Of a DNA stretch of 63,866 bases, positions 36,215-46,173 are shown in pieces. Position numbers and translations under genes: made by a program. The number at the start of each line of letters is the position of its first letter. The stretch's first letter is position 1. The notes under the pieces are model-generated. The model saw only the letters and a program-made list of their open reading frames with translations. It made no database searches and was not told where the DNA came from. Source of the DNA: a virus. Its lineage: Duplodnaviria; Caudoviricetes. The stretch covers positions 1-63,866 of the IMG/VR virus record IMGVR_UViG_3300037421_000079; one strand, written 5' to 3'.

Positions 36215-39192
36215 TGCCCGAAGCCGCCCTCGACATGGACGCTGCTTCTGCGGGACTGACGGCCGATCCGGCTGTCGCGGCGTTCGTCGGGACCCCCAAG
36301 GAGCTGCCCCGGATCGCGACGCCGCGCGAGTACGAGCTGCTGCCGCAGGGGTCCGACTACCTGGACCCGGAGGGGCAGAAGCGCCTCAAGCCCTGGTCGG
36401 TCACGTCCGCCAAGGACTACGAGGAGGTGCCCGAGGGGTCCGAGTACCGCGACCCGACCGGCACGACCCGGCTCAAGCCTCGCTACCAGGGCGTCGGCAT
36501 GACGGCCCAGACCCTCTACGACATGGCCCTGACCGACCGCGAGCGCGAGAAGGTCCTGGAGCGGTCCTACCCGGGCAAGGTCAGGAAGGCGGAGGGAGGC
36601 GACTACTACGTCGACGACGAAGGCACTTTGCGCAAGCCGGGCAGGGGTGTGGAGCGCGTGTTTGGCGCCGTCGCGGCGATGACAGCCCCTACCGGTTTGG
36701 GCGCCCTGGGCGCCCTGGGGGGCGGTGCGGTGGGCACGCTGGGGGGTCCCGGCGGCACCGTGGTGGGCACGATGGCAGGTGGGGCGTCCGGCTCGCTCCT
36801 GGGGCAGTCGTTCAACGACCTCGTGCTCCAGCTCGCGGGCGTGTACGACCGCACCCCCGGCGAGGAGCTGACCAACCTGGGGCTGTCGGCGGCAGCCGGC
36901 GCGTCGGGCGCGGGCGTCGGGCGCGGGATCGCCACTGTGGTGCGGGGCGCGGGTGGCGCGAGCGCGCTCGGGCAGGCGCTTCCCCAGCTCGGTGCCAAGT
37001 TCGTGGGCGCGGAGGCCGAGGGCCTGCGCACCGCACGTTCACTCGCCGACAAGGGCGTGCTGCCGCCCCCGTCCGGCTGGGCCAAGGAGGCGCCGCACAT
37101 TCAGAACATCGTCGAGGTGTTCGACTCGGCGTTCCACACCCAGGAGCCGCTGCTGCAGTCGGCCACCGAGCACTATGAGAAGGGCGCCCAGGGTATCTTG
37201 CGCGATCTCGGCGTCGAGAAGCCGGGGCCGGTTGTCAAGCCGACCGCCGCCCCGTCGACCGAGGAGGCGGGCGTCAAACTTTTGGCAAAAGCCCGCGAAG
37301 AATCCACCGCCGCGGACGCCCGTTTGCGGGCCGCGCTCGACGCCCGCAAGGTCGAGGCGGCGGCCGGCACGGCCGAGCGGCAGGGCGCGCACGAGGCCCA
37401 GACCGAGACCCTGCGGGCGGCCGAGCACGAGGCCAGGGAGAAGGCTCAGGGGCTGATCGACGCCGGGTTCGCGGACATCCAGCGCGACGCCGACGAGGCC
37501 ATGCGGGCCACGAAGGCGGGTCACAACAGCGGCGACCTGTGGTGGCGGGTGGGCGAGAAGCTCAAGGCAATCAAGCAGGGCATCTCCGAGCGCGCCCGCA
37601 CCATGTACGACCGGGCCGACGAGCTGGCGGGCGAGCACCGGCCCGACATCGGCGGCCTGCCCGAGAGCGCGAGCGCCTTCCTGGAGCAGCTGCCCGAGGG
37701 GTTCGAGAGCAAGTACCCGACGATCGTCCGCCAACTGCGCGACCTTGCGGGCGTCGAGAAGGTCGATCCCAAGACCGGGCTGCCGACCGGCGAGTGGGAG
37801 AAGCCGCCCGTGCAGCCGACGTTCGGGCAACTGCATAACCTGCGCTCGATCCTGCGGGCCAACTACAGCAGTCTCGACCTGACGCCCGACATCAAGCAGG
37901 GCACGTTCAAGTATTTTGCCCACAAGGTCGACAACATTTTAAGTGATCCGGGCGCGACGCCCGAGCTGCAGGAGGCGGCGCGCGCGCTTAGGTCGGCGGA
38001 CGACTTCTACCGCGAGTCGATGGGGCCGCTCACCGACCGGCACATCCAGGCGGTCATGAACGGCCTGGAGTCCGGGATGCCGGCCGACCCCAAGGTGCTG
38101 TTCTCGACCCTGGTGAAGGAAGGTCGTTCGGACCTGACCGCCAAGGTGCGCGAAATGGTCGGCCCGAACCTGTGGGCCGGCGTCAAGGCTGCGGACACGC
38201 AGGAGATGCTCGACGCGTCCAAGACCCTGGTGCCCGGCCAGATCGACGGGCGCGCGTTCGCCCGGCAAGTCCTGGAGCGGCACCGCGGCAACATGCTGGA
38301 GGCCGTGCACGGCCGAGAAGCGTCAGCGAAGCTGCTCAAGCAAGCGCAGGACATCGAGATGCTGGACGGGCGCCTCGACGTGAGCGTGCGGCCGAACGAC
38401 ACCGTGTCGGACGTGATCCGCAAGGCGAGCGAGGCCGCCCAGGCCGTCAAGGAGGCCGCCCGGCTCGATCCGATCGGCGCGTTCAAGAAAGAAATGAAGC
38501 AGATCGAGACCGAGCACCGCGCCCAGGTCGGCAAGATGCGGGCCGAGCGCAAGTCCGATCCGCTCGGCTTCCTGTACGAGCCCTCGACGCTCGCGAGTCA
38601 GGCTGTCGATAAAATTCTTGGCAGCGAGGACCTGATCCTGGCCGCCGCCGCCAAGTTTGGCGAGCAGTCGCCCGAGTTCGGCCTGATGCGGCAGCTGTGG
38701 GCGCAGCGGGTGCTGGAGAACACGTTGCGGCCGGGCGAGCGGCTCGCCAAGGTGTCCGAGGAAGTCCAGCGGGTGATGTTCCCGGGCGTGACTCTCAAGC
38801 AGATGCAGACACTGGCCAAGGAGATGGACTTCCTGCTGGACACCCGGCGGGCCGCCAAGGGGACCGCGCAGGGCATGAGCGCCATGGCCAAGGTCGAGCA
38901 CCCGTGGTCGCACATCCTCGGGGGCGGGGGCCTCGTCGGCAAGGTGCTCTCGGCCCCCACCAAGGTGATCCCGGGCAGCGACGCCATGGGGCGCTTCATC
39001 CTGGGCGGCTACTACGGCCTGATCAGGAAGATGGCGACCTCGCCCGCGACCCTGCGCTGGTTCGAGAAGGGCCTGACGGGCAGCCCCGAGGAGAAGGCGG
39101 CGGTCAGGGCGGTGATCAGCAAGACCCTGCAGAAGGGCGGCGCGGTCGGGGCGGGGGCCGGCGAGGCGGCGGAGCAGCAGGGGCTGCAGTGA
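36214..39192 (+). CDS. Large internal virion / ejection protein (putative)
   Basis: ~990 aa helical with Gly-rich hydrophobic stretches. Confidence 0.6.
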   Translation: MPEAALDMDAASAGLTADPAVAAFVGTPKELPRIATPREYELLPQGSDYLDPEGQKRLKPWSVTSAKDYEEVPEGSEYRDPTGTTRLKPRYQGVGMTAQTLYDMALTDREREKVLERSYPGKVRKAEGGDYYVDDEGTLRKPGRGVERVFGAVAAMTAPTGLGALGALGGGAVGTLGGPGGTVVGTMAGGASGSLLGQSFNDLVLQLAGVYDRTPGEELTNLGLSAAAGASGAGVGRGIATVVRGAGGASALGQALPQLGAKFVGAEAEGLRTARSLADKGVLPPPSGWAKEAPHIQNIVEVFDSAFHTQEPLLQSATEHYEKGAQGILRDLGVEKPGPVVKPTAAPSTEEAGVKLLAKAREESTAADARLRAALDARKVEAAAGTAERQGAHEAQTETLRAAEHEAREKAQGLIDAGFADIQRDADEAMRATKAGHNSGDLWWRVGEKLKAIKQGISERARTMYDRADELAGEHRPDIGGLPESASAFLEQLPEGFESKYPTIVRQLRDLAGVEKVDPKTGLPTGEWEKPPVQPTFGQLHNLRSILRANYSSLDLTPDIKQGTFKYFAHKVDNILSDPGATPELQEAARALRSADDFYRESMGPLTDRHIQAVMNGLESGMPADPKVLFSTLVKEGRSDLTAKVREMVGPNLWAGVKAADTQEMLDASKTLVPGQIDGRAFARQVLERHRGNMLEAVHGREASAKLLKQAQDIEMLDGRLDVSVRPNDTVSDVIRKASEAAQAVKEAARLDPIGAFKKEMKQIETEHRAQVGKMRAERKSDPLGFLYEPSTLASQAVDKILGSEDLILAAAAKFGEQSPEFGLMRQLWAQRVLENTLRPGERLAKVSEEVQRVMFPGVTLKQMQTLAKEMDFLLDTRRAAKGTAQGMSAMAKVEHPWSHILGGGGLVGKVLSAPTKVIPGSDAMGRFILGGYYGLIRKMATSPATLRWFEKGLTGSPEEKAAVRAVISKTLQKGGAVGAGAGEAAEQQGLQ

Positions 39193-39488
39193 GCAAGCAC
39201 AAGACCATCGACGACCTCGTCGCCCGGGTGATCGAGGACGCCCTCGACAAGGGCTGCAAGCTGGCCGACCGGGTCGAGGCCCTCAAGGTCGTGACTACCT
39301 ACCACGCCCTCACCCTCAAGCACCGCCGGCACGACGACGGCGGGGGCGGCTTGACCTGGGAGGACATTCAGCGCGAAGTACACGGCGCTGGCGACTTGCC
39401 AGCCACGGAGGCCCAGAATGGCACCGAAGTTCGAGGTCGTGCAGGACGACGAATTGACCGACCGACCGGCGGCACGCACAGCGCCTGA
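39189..39488 (+). CDS. Hypothetical protein
   Basis: GTGA coupling. Confidence 0.6.
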   Translation: MSKHKTIDDLVARVIEDALDKGCKLADRVEALKVVTTYHALTLKHRRHDDGGGGLTWEDIQREVHGAGDLPATEAQNGTEVRGRAGRRIDRPTGGTHSA

Positions 39489-39699
39489 CGAAGTCGGCAC
39501 CAGCCTGCTGCTGCTCGGCCTCCAGACGGTCGGCAAGCGGTTCGTGGCCGCGCTCGCGGACCTGTTCTGCCTGGTGACGGTCGCGAGCGCGTTCTTCCTG
39601 TGGAACGCCATCCCGAGCCCTAATGTCTACCAGATCGTCAGCCTGACGATCTACGCGGTGTTCGTGCTGGCCGCGAACTGGATCGTGAGGAAGTCATGA
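39418..39699 (+). CDS. Two-TM membrane protein
   Basis: GGAGG RBS; two hydrophobic helices. Confidence 0.65.
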   Translation: MAPKFEVVQDDELTDRPAARTAPDEVGTSLLLLGLQTVGKRFVAALADLFCLVTVASAFFLWNAIPSPNVYQIVSLTIYAVFVLAANWIVRKS

Positions 39700-40085
39700 G
39701 GAAGTTTTTTTGGATCGTTGCGTCGGTTTGTGGGCTTGCATGGGCGCAACCGGCTCGGTCTCAGCCGCTGATGATTCCTTGCTACCCGGCAACGTCACCT
39801 ACATCCGGGTGCGTGGGGGTGAAGATTTACGCAGCGCTCGGGTATCAGCAAATCACGTCGGTGTCGGCCGCTACTGGCCTGACGGTTCCAACCGGAGCCA
39901 TCATCGCCGAGATATGTGTCGAGACCCAGGCGATCCGTTATCGCGATGACGGTACAAACCCGACCGCGACCGTTGGAATGCCGATCCCGGCCGCCACCTG
40001 CTTTCAATACGCGGGGCCGTTGGGGGCCATAAAGATCATCGAGCAAACTCCGAGCGCGACCATCGACGTGAGCTATTATAAATGA
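39696..40085 (+). CDS. Signal-peptide-bearing beta protein
   Basis: MRKFFWIVASVCGLAWAQPARS; IRYRDDGTNPTATVGM. Confidence 0.7.
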   Translation: MRKFFWIVASVCGLAWAQPARSQPLMIPCYPATSPTSGCVGVKIYAALGYQQITSVSAATGLTVPTGAIIAEICVETQAIRYRDDGTNPTATVGMPIPAATCFQYAGPLGAIKIIEQTPSATIDVSYYK

Positions 40086-41662
40086 CCCGCATTATCGCAA
40101 TTTCGCTCGTATGGCTGTTTGCGCTCACAAGCGCATTCGCGCAGATCGGCCCGCCGTACGACAACCCAATTGGTCCGGGTGGACAAAGCGGCGGCGGTGG
40201 CGGAACGCCAGGGGGCACCAGCGGCCAACTCCAATACAACAATGCCAGTACGTTCGGCGGCTTCACGCTCGGCGGTGACTGCACCCTATCGCAGCCGAAT
40301 ATCACTTGTACCAAAACAAATGGAACATCTTTCGGCGCCCTCGCCACTGCTACTCCCGGCACTGGAGTTGCTACCGCGCTGGGCGTCAATGTCGGTACGG
40401 CCGGCGCCTTTATCGTCAACGGTGGCACGTTGGGTACGCCATCGGCGGGCACGCTGACGAATGCGACCGGTCTGCCAATCTCGACTGGTGTTTCCGGCCT
40501 CGGCACTGGCGTTGCGGTGGCGCTAGGCAATACGGCGGGTGGATCAGGCGGGTTCGCGCTGCAATCAAGCCTTGGGTCCTATCTCCTAGCCGCGAACAAT
40601 CTTTCCGATCTTACCAACGCCAGCACTGCACGGACGAATCTCGGACTAGGCACCGCTGCGACGCAGAACACCGGTACGTCCGGCGGAACCCTTTGCCTGC
40701 TCAATGCGGCATGCACGTACAGTGGCAATCTGATGGTATCTTCCGCGAGCTTCGGGCTCAGCGGAAACATTTCGGCTCCTGCCTGGACTACGTCCGGCAT
40801 CCGCTACCAGAATGTCGCCGCGACGCTAACCGACACGACGTCGAGCGGGACCGTCGCGCTTGCCTACACCGATGTATGGGGCGGGAACACAGTCGCGGCC
40901 TCGGCCGCTGCGACCTTCACCAATTATTACGGCAGCTTCTTCAAAAATCCGATTGCCGGAACGAACGTCACCCTCACGAACCGCTACGCGCTGGGCGCGG
41001 ATTCGATCAACACGACGACGCTCGCTATTGGCGGGACGGTGACGGGGCCGGATGGTGGGACGTGGACTAGCGCGGGCATAAATCTATCGGCCGGCTCAGT
41101 CGGCGCGCCGTCGCTGACGTTCGGCGGTGACACGACGACAGGATGGTTCCGGCCTGCGGCTAACCAACTTGAAGTTTCGATCAGTGGCGTAAAGAAATTT
41201 GACTATGGTGTGACCAATTCCGGCGCGTGGACCTTTTCGGCTGCGGTTAACTTCGCGGGGAATGTGGGCAGCAATGTTCTTAATACCGGTAACCCATTTT
41301 CTGTAGGGCTTTCTGGCTCTAATCCGCAGTTGCAATTCAACTTCAACGGCGTAAAGACAATATCCACGTCAAACATCGGAATGTTTGCATTTGGAGGAAC
41401 CACAAGCTCTTTTCCCGGGCTTAAGCAATCGGGTACTAACCTTTTGGTGAGGCTTGCAGACGACAGCGGGGATGCAAATATTTCCGCCAATCTTTTGCAA
41501 CCGCATGGGTTTACTGTATCTACTCTGCCGGCGTCGCCAACAACTGGCTCGATTGCTTATGTGACTGATGCGGTGGCATGCACATTCTTGGCTACGTTGA
41601 CGGGGGGCGGAACAACGTATTGCCCGGTGACTTACAACGGAACTGCATGGGTGGGCGGATGA
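40082..41662 (+). CDS. Tail-fibre-like protein with N-terminal signal peptide
   Basis: Signal ...TSAFA/Q; GQLQYN, GTLTNATGLP and NNLSDL..A.TARTNLGLG fibre motifs. Confidence 0.75.
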   Translation: MTRIIAISLVWLFALTSAFAQIGPPYDNPIGPGGQSGGGGGTPGGTSGQLQYNNASTFGGFTLGGDCTLSQPNITCTKTNGTSFGALATATPGTGVATALGVNVGTAGAFIVNGGTLGTPSAGTLTNATGLPISTGVSGLGTGVAVALGNTAGGSGGFALQSSLGSYLLAANNLSDLTNASTARTNLGLGTAATQNTGTSGGTLCLLNAACTYSGNLMVSSASFGLSGNISAPAWTTSGIRYQNVAATLTDTTSSGTVALAYTDVWGGNTVAASAAATFTNYYGSFFKNPIAGTNVTLTNRYALGADSINTTTLAIGGTVTGPDGGTWTSAGINLSAGSVGAPSLTFGGDTTTGWFRPAANQLEVSISGVKKFDYGVTNSGAWTFSAAVNFAGNVGSNVLNTGNPFSVGLSGSNPQLQFNFNGVKTISTSNIGMFAFGGTTSSFPGLKQSGTNLLVRLADDSGDANISANLLQPHGFTVSTLPASPTTGSIAYVTDAVACTFLATLTGGGTTYCPVTYNGTAWVGG

Positions 41663-41664
41663 TC

Positions 41665-42030
41665 CTACTTCCCGCACTCCCGGTACTCCATCGCGATCAG
41701 GTCGCGCCCGCGCAGGTAGACCATGGCGTCGGTCAGTTCGCCGAGGCGGGCTTGCAGCGGGGCGGAATACCCCGCCCACAGTGCGGCCGTGGCGTCCTCG
41801 GTGGACTTCGCATCGAGCCGGCCCCAGGCATAGCCCTTGGGCTTGTGGAACCCGAGCCACGCCTGCGGGGCGACGCACAATTGATCCTCCGGCAGGCCGA
41901 GCCAAAGCGTGCAGGCACTCTTGCACGATCCGATGATGGCGACGTACTGGCCGTGATCCCGGTAGGAATGGAAATAGCCGCCTTCGTCGGTCATGACGCG
42001 GACGATGGCGGGCGGGGCATCAAGGGGCAT
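41665..42030 (-). CDS. ClpP/crotonase-fold-like hypothetical protein (reverse-oriented)
   Basis: IIGSCKSACTL...CVAPQAWLGFH, resembling a rhizobial family. Confidence 0.6.
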   Translation of the reverse strand: MPLDAPPAIVRVMTDEGGYFHSYRDHGQYVAIIGSCKSACTLWLGLPEDQLCVAPQAWLGFHKPKGYAWGRLDAKSTEDATAALWAGYSAPLQARLGELTDAMVYLRGRDLIAMEYRECGK

Positions 42031-42033
42031 GGC

Positions 42034-42288
42034 ATGAAACTCCTATGGGCGGCGGTCTGTGCCTTGGCATTGTGGCCCATGTCGGCCCTCGCCGACAAGG
42101 CCCCGAAGTGGACAGCGCAAGAGGAGACCGGGCTGTACTACTTGCTCGACACCCTGATCTCGACCAAGGCGTGCGGCAACGGTTGCATCGCCGATGCGCA
42201 GTATTTCCGCAACAAGCTGATCCAGGCGCCGCAGGTCGAGGATAAGCCGCCGGCCGTTAAGCCGAGCGAGGGGGCGCCAGAGCAATGA
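42034..42288 (+). CDS. Small secreted protein
   Basis: MKLLWAAVCALALWPMSALA/DK; CGNGC. Confidence 0.6.
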   Translation: MKLLWAAVCALALWPMSALADKAPKWTAQEETGLYYLLDTLISTKACGNGCIADAQYFRNKLIQAPQVEDKPPAVKPSEGAPEQ

Positions 42289-43883
42289 GGCGACTTCTAC
42301 CCGCCCTCTTCGCCCTTGCGCTGCTGGCCTCCCCGGCTGGCGGTCAGCCTGTGCAGCAATCGGGAAGCGTGACACCTGGCCACGTAAGTACGTGGGTCAC
42401 GAATGGCGTCATCGGAGACGGCGGCGCTGTCACGGCCAACGACTCCCTGTCGGGCGGTTCCACGACCTCAATCGCGTCCGGCAGCACGTACTACTGCGCC
42501 ACCGCCGGCTGCGCCACCTCGGCGGCGATTGCGTCCACGGTGCCGTTTACCGGGACGGCGGTTAACCTGAACGTCGCCGTAAGCACCGCACCGGGCGCTG
42601 GTCAAACCGTCACCGCGACGCTGATGGCCGGCCCGTATGGCGCGCTGATCGCTACCAGCGTGATTTGCCAGATTTCCGGCACGGCCACGTCATGCCAGGA
42701 CACGACGCATCAAGTTAACATCGTCGCGGGACAAGCGTGGTCTGTCCGTCTTGTCACCAGCGGTTCGGCTATGGGCACTGGCGGAGAGACGTTCGGTTTG
42801 CAGTTCATCAGCGCTGTCCCACCGCAGCCCACTTCACCGTATGTGCTGCAATCGGGTAACATAACGTCGGGCCACTTGACGGCGTGGATTACAAATGGCG
42901 TCGTGGGCGATAGTGGCATTGCACTTCCGTCTCTCCCGGGTTCTCTACTCGCAACGCTCACGTCCCCGCCCGCGTTCGTAATCGGTGATGCCGCATGCTT
43001 CGCCAATACGCTAGGAGTGCTTCAGGATTGTGGAGTGCCTAACGGAAACGTGCGCGGTCCAAATAGCTCTGTCAACGGCAACCTTGCATCGTTCAACGGT
43101 ACGGGTGGAGCGACTATCCAAGACAGCGGCATACCCAGCACCCTGGCGGGGTCCTACATTGTAGGTCCAAACTCTGTTACTGGAACTAACAATTCCTCAT
43201 TTAGTTGCGCAACAATTACGAATCGATCCAACACTGGTAGCGCTATGAGTGATACGCTGCCGACATCTCCATCGGCAAATGGATGCGTCTATTTCATCAG
43301 GAACAATGATGCATCAGCATTTTATATCATAGCCGCTAGTGGCGCGCCTCAGTTAGATGGTGTGACTAATGGCTCCTTCGGTCTTAGCCCCGGTCAGCAG
43401 GCCGCAATCCAATCTAATGGAACAAACTATACCACTGTCTTTAAACCAATACAGGTAGCCCCGCCATTTGATCCAACTTGCGTTCCATGGGTCGCACACG
43501 CTTTTACCATGTTTCCTGCGGATAGCGTTAACATTACCAACCCCACTCCGCAAACAAACGGTTTGGTTGGAGAAATTAGCAGTCTGCCGTACACGGTGCC
43601 CAGCAGTAAGAAGTTGGTTCTAAATTATCTCTCAATCCAAGGCAACACGGGCGCGGCTATGTTCCCGTGGGTAGGTTCCGGATCATTTGTGGCCAACGTG
43701 GTCATCCAAACCTTTACCGCTCCGACAGTTACTACATCAGGTACCTTGCCTGGTACTAGGGAATGGAAACCAAATTTTATATTTCCAGCGGGAGTTATTT
43801 TGAACTTAACCATGGAGCAATTTGGACAACCAGCCAATACAGTCTACGGCTGGACCATGGGAGGCATGTTATGCGCGCTCTGA
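42285..43883 (+). CDS. Tail-fibre/adhesin-like protein with signal peptide
   Basis: MRRLLPALFALALLASPAGG/Q; QSG..T.GH...W.TNGV.GD repeat x2; GPNSSVNGNLASF. Confidence 0.7.
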   Translation: MRRLLPALFALALLASPAGGQPVQQSGSVTPGHVSTWVTNGVIGDGGAVTANDSLSGGSTTSIASGSTYYCATAGCATSAAIASTVPFTGTAVNLNVAVSTAPGAGQTVTATLMAGPYGALIATSVICQISGTATSCQDTTHQVNIVAGQAWSVRLVTSGSAMGTGGETFGLQFISAVPPQPTSPYVLQSGNITSGHLTAWITNGVVGDSGIALPSLPGSLLATLTSPPAFVIGDAACFANTLGVLQDCGVPNGNVRGPNSSVNGNLASFNGTGGATIQDSGIPSTLAGSYIVGPNSVTGTNNSSFSCATITNRSNTGSAMSDTLPTSPSANGCVYFIRNNDASAFYIIAASGAPQLDGVTNGSFGLSPGQQAAIQSNGTNYTTVFKPIQVAPPFDPTCVPWVAHAFTMFPADSVNITNPTPQTNGLVGEISSLPYTVPSSKKLVLNYLSIQGNTGAAMFPWVGSGSFVANVVIQTFTAPTVTTSGTLPGTREWKPNFIFPAGVILNLTMEQFGQPANTVYGWTMGGMLCAL

Positions 43884-44332
43884 GTCTAATGACATTATTA
43901 TTTCTATTGTACTCACCAGCGGCACTTGCCTCTTGTGTTCCTTGGATTGCGCATGGCGAAACTTTACTGACCGCCAACACGCTCCTAACTAACCCAGCTC
44001 CGCAATTGAACGGCTTGCAAGGAGAGTTTGCGAGTCTCCCTTACACGGTCCCGTCGAATAAGAAACTAACGGTGAATTACTTAAGCCTCGAAGGCATCAC
44101 CGGAGCGACTATATATGTGTGGGTAGGGTCCGGTTCGTTCGCCGCGAACGTAGTCATTCAGGGATTTACAGCTCCTGCGATTACAGGAGGGGCAGGCACC
44201 GGTCCTGGAACCCCAGAATGGGGGCCAACTTTTGTATTCCCAGTATCTACAATAGTTAACATAGAATTGCTTGGTTCTCAATCTCTTGTTTACGGATGGG
44301 TTATAAGTGGTACCCTGTGTGATGTGCCATAG
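43871..44332 (+). CDS. Secreted standalone paralog of the upstream protein's C-terminal domain
   Basis: Signal peptide, then CVPWIAH...SLPYTVPSNKKL..NYLS. Confidence 0.75.
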   Translation: MRALSLMTLLFLLYSPAALASCVPWIAHGETLLTANTLLTNPAPQLNGLQGEFASLPYTVPSNKKLTVNYLSLEGITGATIYVWVGSGSFAANVVIQGFTAPAITGGAGTGPGTPEWGPTFVFPVSTIVNIELLGSQSLVYGWVISGTLCDVP

Positions 44333-44349
44333 GTGGGCGACCTTAGATT

Positions 44350-44646
44350 ATGACAGACTGGAACGCCGCCCTAGACGCCGCCAAAGAGGCGGTCCCATTC
44401 GCGGCTGAGCAACTCGACGCGCTGAAAAGGCGACCGCCCGCGTGTCTGCACCCGGAACTGACGTTCGACTCGGGCGACTACTACGTCCTATGTCACACCT
44501 GCAACTCCCGATGGGTGCGGGTAAAGATCGGCGGCCTGGAGTCGGGAACTGACCGTGAGGGACGGCAGGTCGGCGGTGACTCGTCCGCGGCAAATATCGG
44601 CCAGGCGTCCGGGCTGTCGGGACACAGGAGAGTGGAGCCGAAATGA
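44350..44646 (+). CDS. Hypothetical Zn-ribbon protein
   Basis: CLH...CHTC. Confidence 0.55.
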   Translation: MTDWNAALDAAKEAVPFAAEQLDALKRRPPACLHPELTFDSGDYYVLCHTCNSRWVRVKIGGLESGTDREGRQVGGDSSAANIGQASGLSGHRRVEPK

Positions 44647-45263
44647 TGGCATGGACCCCAATCGTCGGCCGAAAGTTTTCGGCAGCCGAGTTCGACGCCT
44701 ACCTGCGGACGTTAAAGTTCAATTCGTGGCGCCCAGCATTTGTAACCGTCCACAACACCAGCTCGCCGACGCGCGCACTCTATACCGCGTGGCAGCAGCG
44801 CAACCCACCGGTGACGATGGAGCGCTGGCTGCAGAACCTCGTCGGCTACTACCGCGACCAGCAGCACTGGAGCGCGGGACCGCATTGGTTCGTGGCCAAC
44901 GACGGCATCGGGGTGTTCACGCCGCCGACGCATCCCGGCGTACACACGCCGTCATGGAACGCGATCAGCCTGGGCGTGGAGACCATCGGGGAGTTCGAGA
45001 CCGAGCCGTTTGACGGCGCCGTGCGCGATAACTTGATCTCCTCGCTCGCCTCGATCCACTCCGCGCTCGGCCTCAACCCGGCCGACTACGCGCTCGGCCG
45101 CCACGGCCTGCACTTCCACAAGGAGGATAGGCGCACCACGCACCGGACCTGCCCCGGTCGGCACATGGTCAAGGCGGACCTCGTCGCCGCCGTGGTGGCG
45201 AAGATGGCGGAACTTCACCCCGGCGATCACGACCCGGCAAGACCCGCGGAGCCAGCGGCATGA
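44646..45263 (+). CDS. Endolysin, N-acetylmuramoyl-L-alanine amidase (Amidase_2/PGRP-like)
   Basis: VHNT, GPHWF, GVH..SWN, GVE, HKE....TCPG. Confidence 0.88.
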   Translation: MAWTPIVGRKFSAAEFDAYLRTLKFNSWRPAFVTVHNTSSPTRALYTAWQQRNPPVTMERWLQNLVGYYRDQQHWSAGPHWFVANDGIGVFTPPTHPGVHTPSWNAISLGVETIGEFETEPFDGAVRDNLISSLASIHSALGLNPADYALGRHGLHFHKEDRRTTHRTCPGRHMVKADLVAAVVAKMAELHPGDHDPARPAEPAA

Positions 45264-45358
45264 CTTGGTGGAACATCGTTTGGTTCGCGCTTGGGTTCGG
45301 CGCCGTTCTCGGGTTCCTAGTTGGCTTCGTTATCGGTAGGCTGACCAGGAAACGGTAA
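45260..45358 (+). CDS. 32-aa single-TM peptide (lysis-associated?)
   Basis: MTWWNIVWFALGFGAVLGFLVGFVIGRLTRKR; coupled at both ends. Confidence 0.55.
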   Translation: MTWWNIVWFALGFGAVLGFLVGFVIGRLTRKR

Positions 45359-45705
45359 TGCCAGATTACCAGTTTCGCTCTGACGGATGTTCGTTCCTGC
45401 TTTCGTGGTCGTGGTGGACGCTGTTCGGTCACGGACCACCGTGGGAGGGTTGCTGCGACGCGCACGACAAGATGTACTGGATGGGCGGCACGCGGGATGA
45501 TCGTAGGAATGCCGATAAGCAGCTTCGCCTCTGTGCTGAACGTTACGGGCATCCCTGGTGGGGTGCCGTGATGGAATGGAGCGTTTGGGTCGGAGGCGTG
45601 CCGTGGCTGCCGACCCGCTACCGCTGGGGCTACGGTTGGCGCTTCCGATGGCTCAACGGCTATGGTAAGTTGGCCCGCAGAATTCAACAGGAGAGAACAC
45701 CGTGA
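45358..45705 (+). CDS. Phospholipase A2-like helical protein
   Basis: DGCS...CCDAHDKMY..GG....R..AD..L..C. Confidence 0.5.
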   Translation: MPDYQFRSDGCSFLLSWSWWTLFGHGPPWEGCCDAHDKMYWMGGTRDDRRNADKQLRLCAERYGHPWWGAVMEWSVWVGGVPWLPTRYRWGYGWRFRWLNGYGKLARRIQQERTP

Positions 45706-46076
45706 ACCTCCCAACCGTTGACGAGGCTCTAGCCTCGGGGCGCCATGTCGTTTCAGTCGCGATGGGTGCCGCTACTGCGTTCGGCATCATGAAGGTGCAG
45801 GGCGTAGACCTCTCGGTGGTGAGCACTTCGCTCGACCACATCTTCAACGGCATCAAGGAAATCAGCGTCGGCCTAGGGCCGCTGATCGCGATCGGCATGG
45901 CTTGGTGGGCTTCGCGTAAACAGAGCGCGGTTGCGCAGATTACGGCTGCTGGAAATGTTCCAGGCGTCAGCGTCAATGTTGGCCCAACTGCGCCTGTTGA
46001 GGTTAAGGCGGTGGCCGCTGATCCTTCGCAGCCGAAAGTGGTCAGCGTTGATCGCGCAGGCAACCCTGCGACATAA
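45702..46076 (+). CDS. Holin-like membrane protein
   Basis: AGGAGAG RBS; RH motif and two hydrophobic segments; in the lysis cassette. Confidence 0.5.
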   Translation: MNLPTVDEALASGRHVVSVAMGAATAFGIMKVQGVDLSVVSTSLDHIFNGIKEISVGLGPLIAIGMAWWASRKQSAVAQITAAGNVPGVSVNVGPTAPVEVKAVAADPSQPKVVSVDRAGNPAT

Positions 46077-46173
46077 AAGTCACACTTCAAAAGAATTTGC
46101 GTTTGCGGGTTGCGCCAGCGCTGAATCGCGGCTTCAAATCCCCATGCCGCCAAGGGGGCGGATGGAGGACACC

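Noticed and set aside
43460-44332. Diversity-generating retroelement TR/VR pair
   Set aside because: No reverse transcriptase; the copies are diverged at all bases rather than adenine-specifically.
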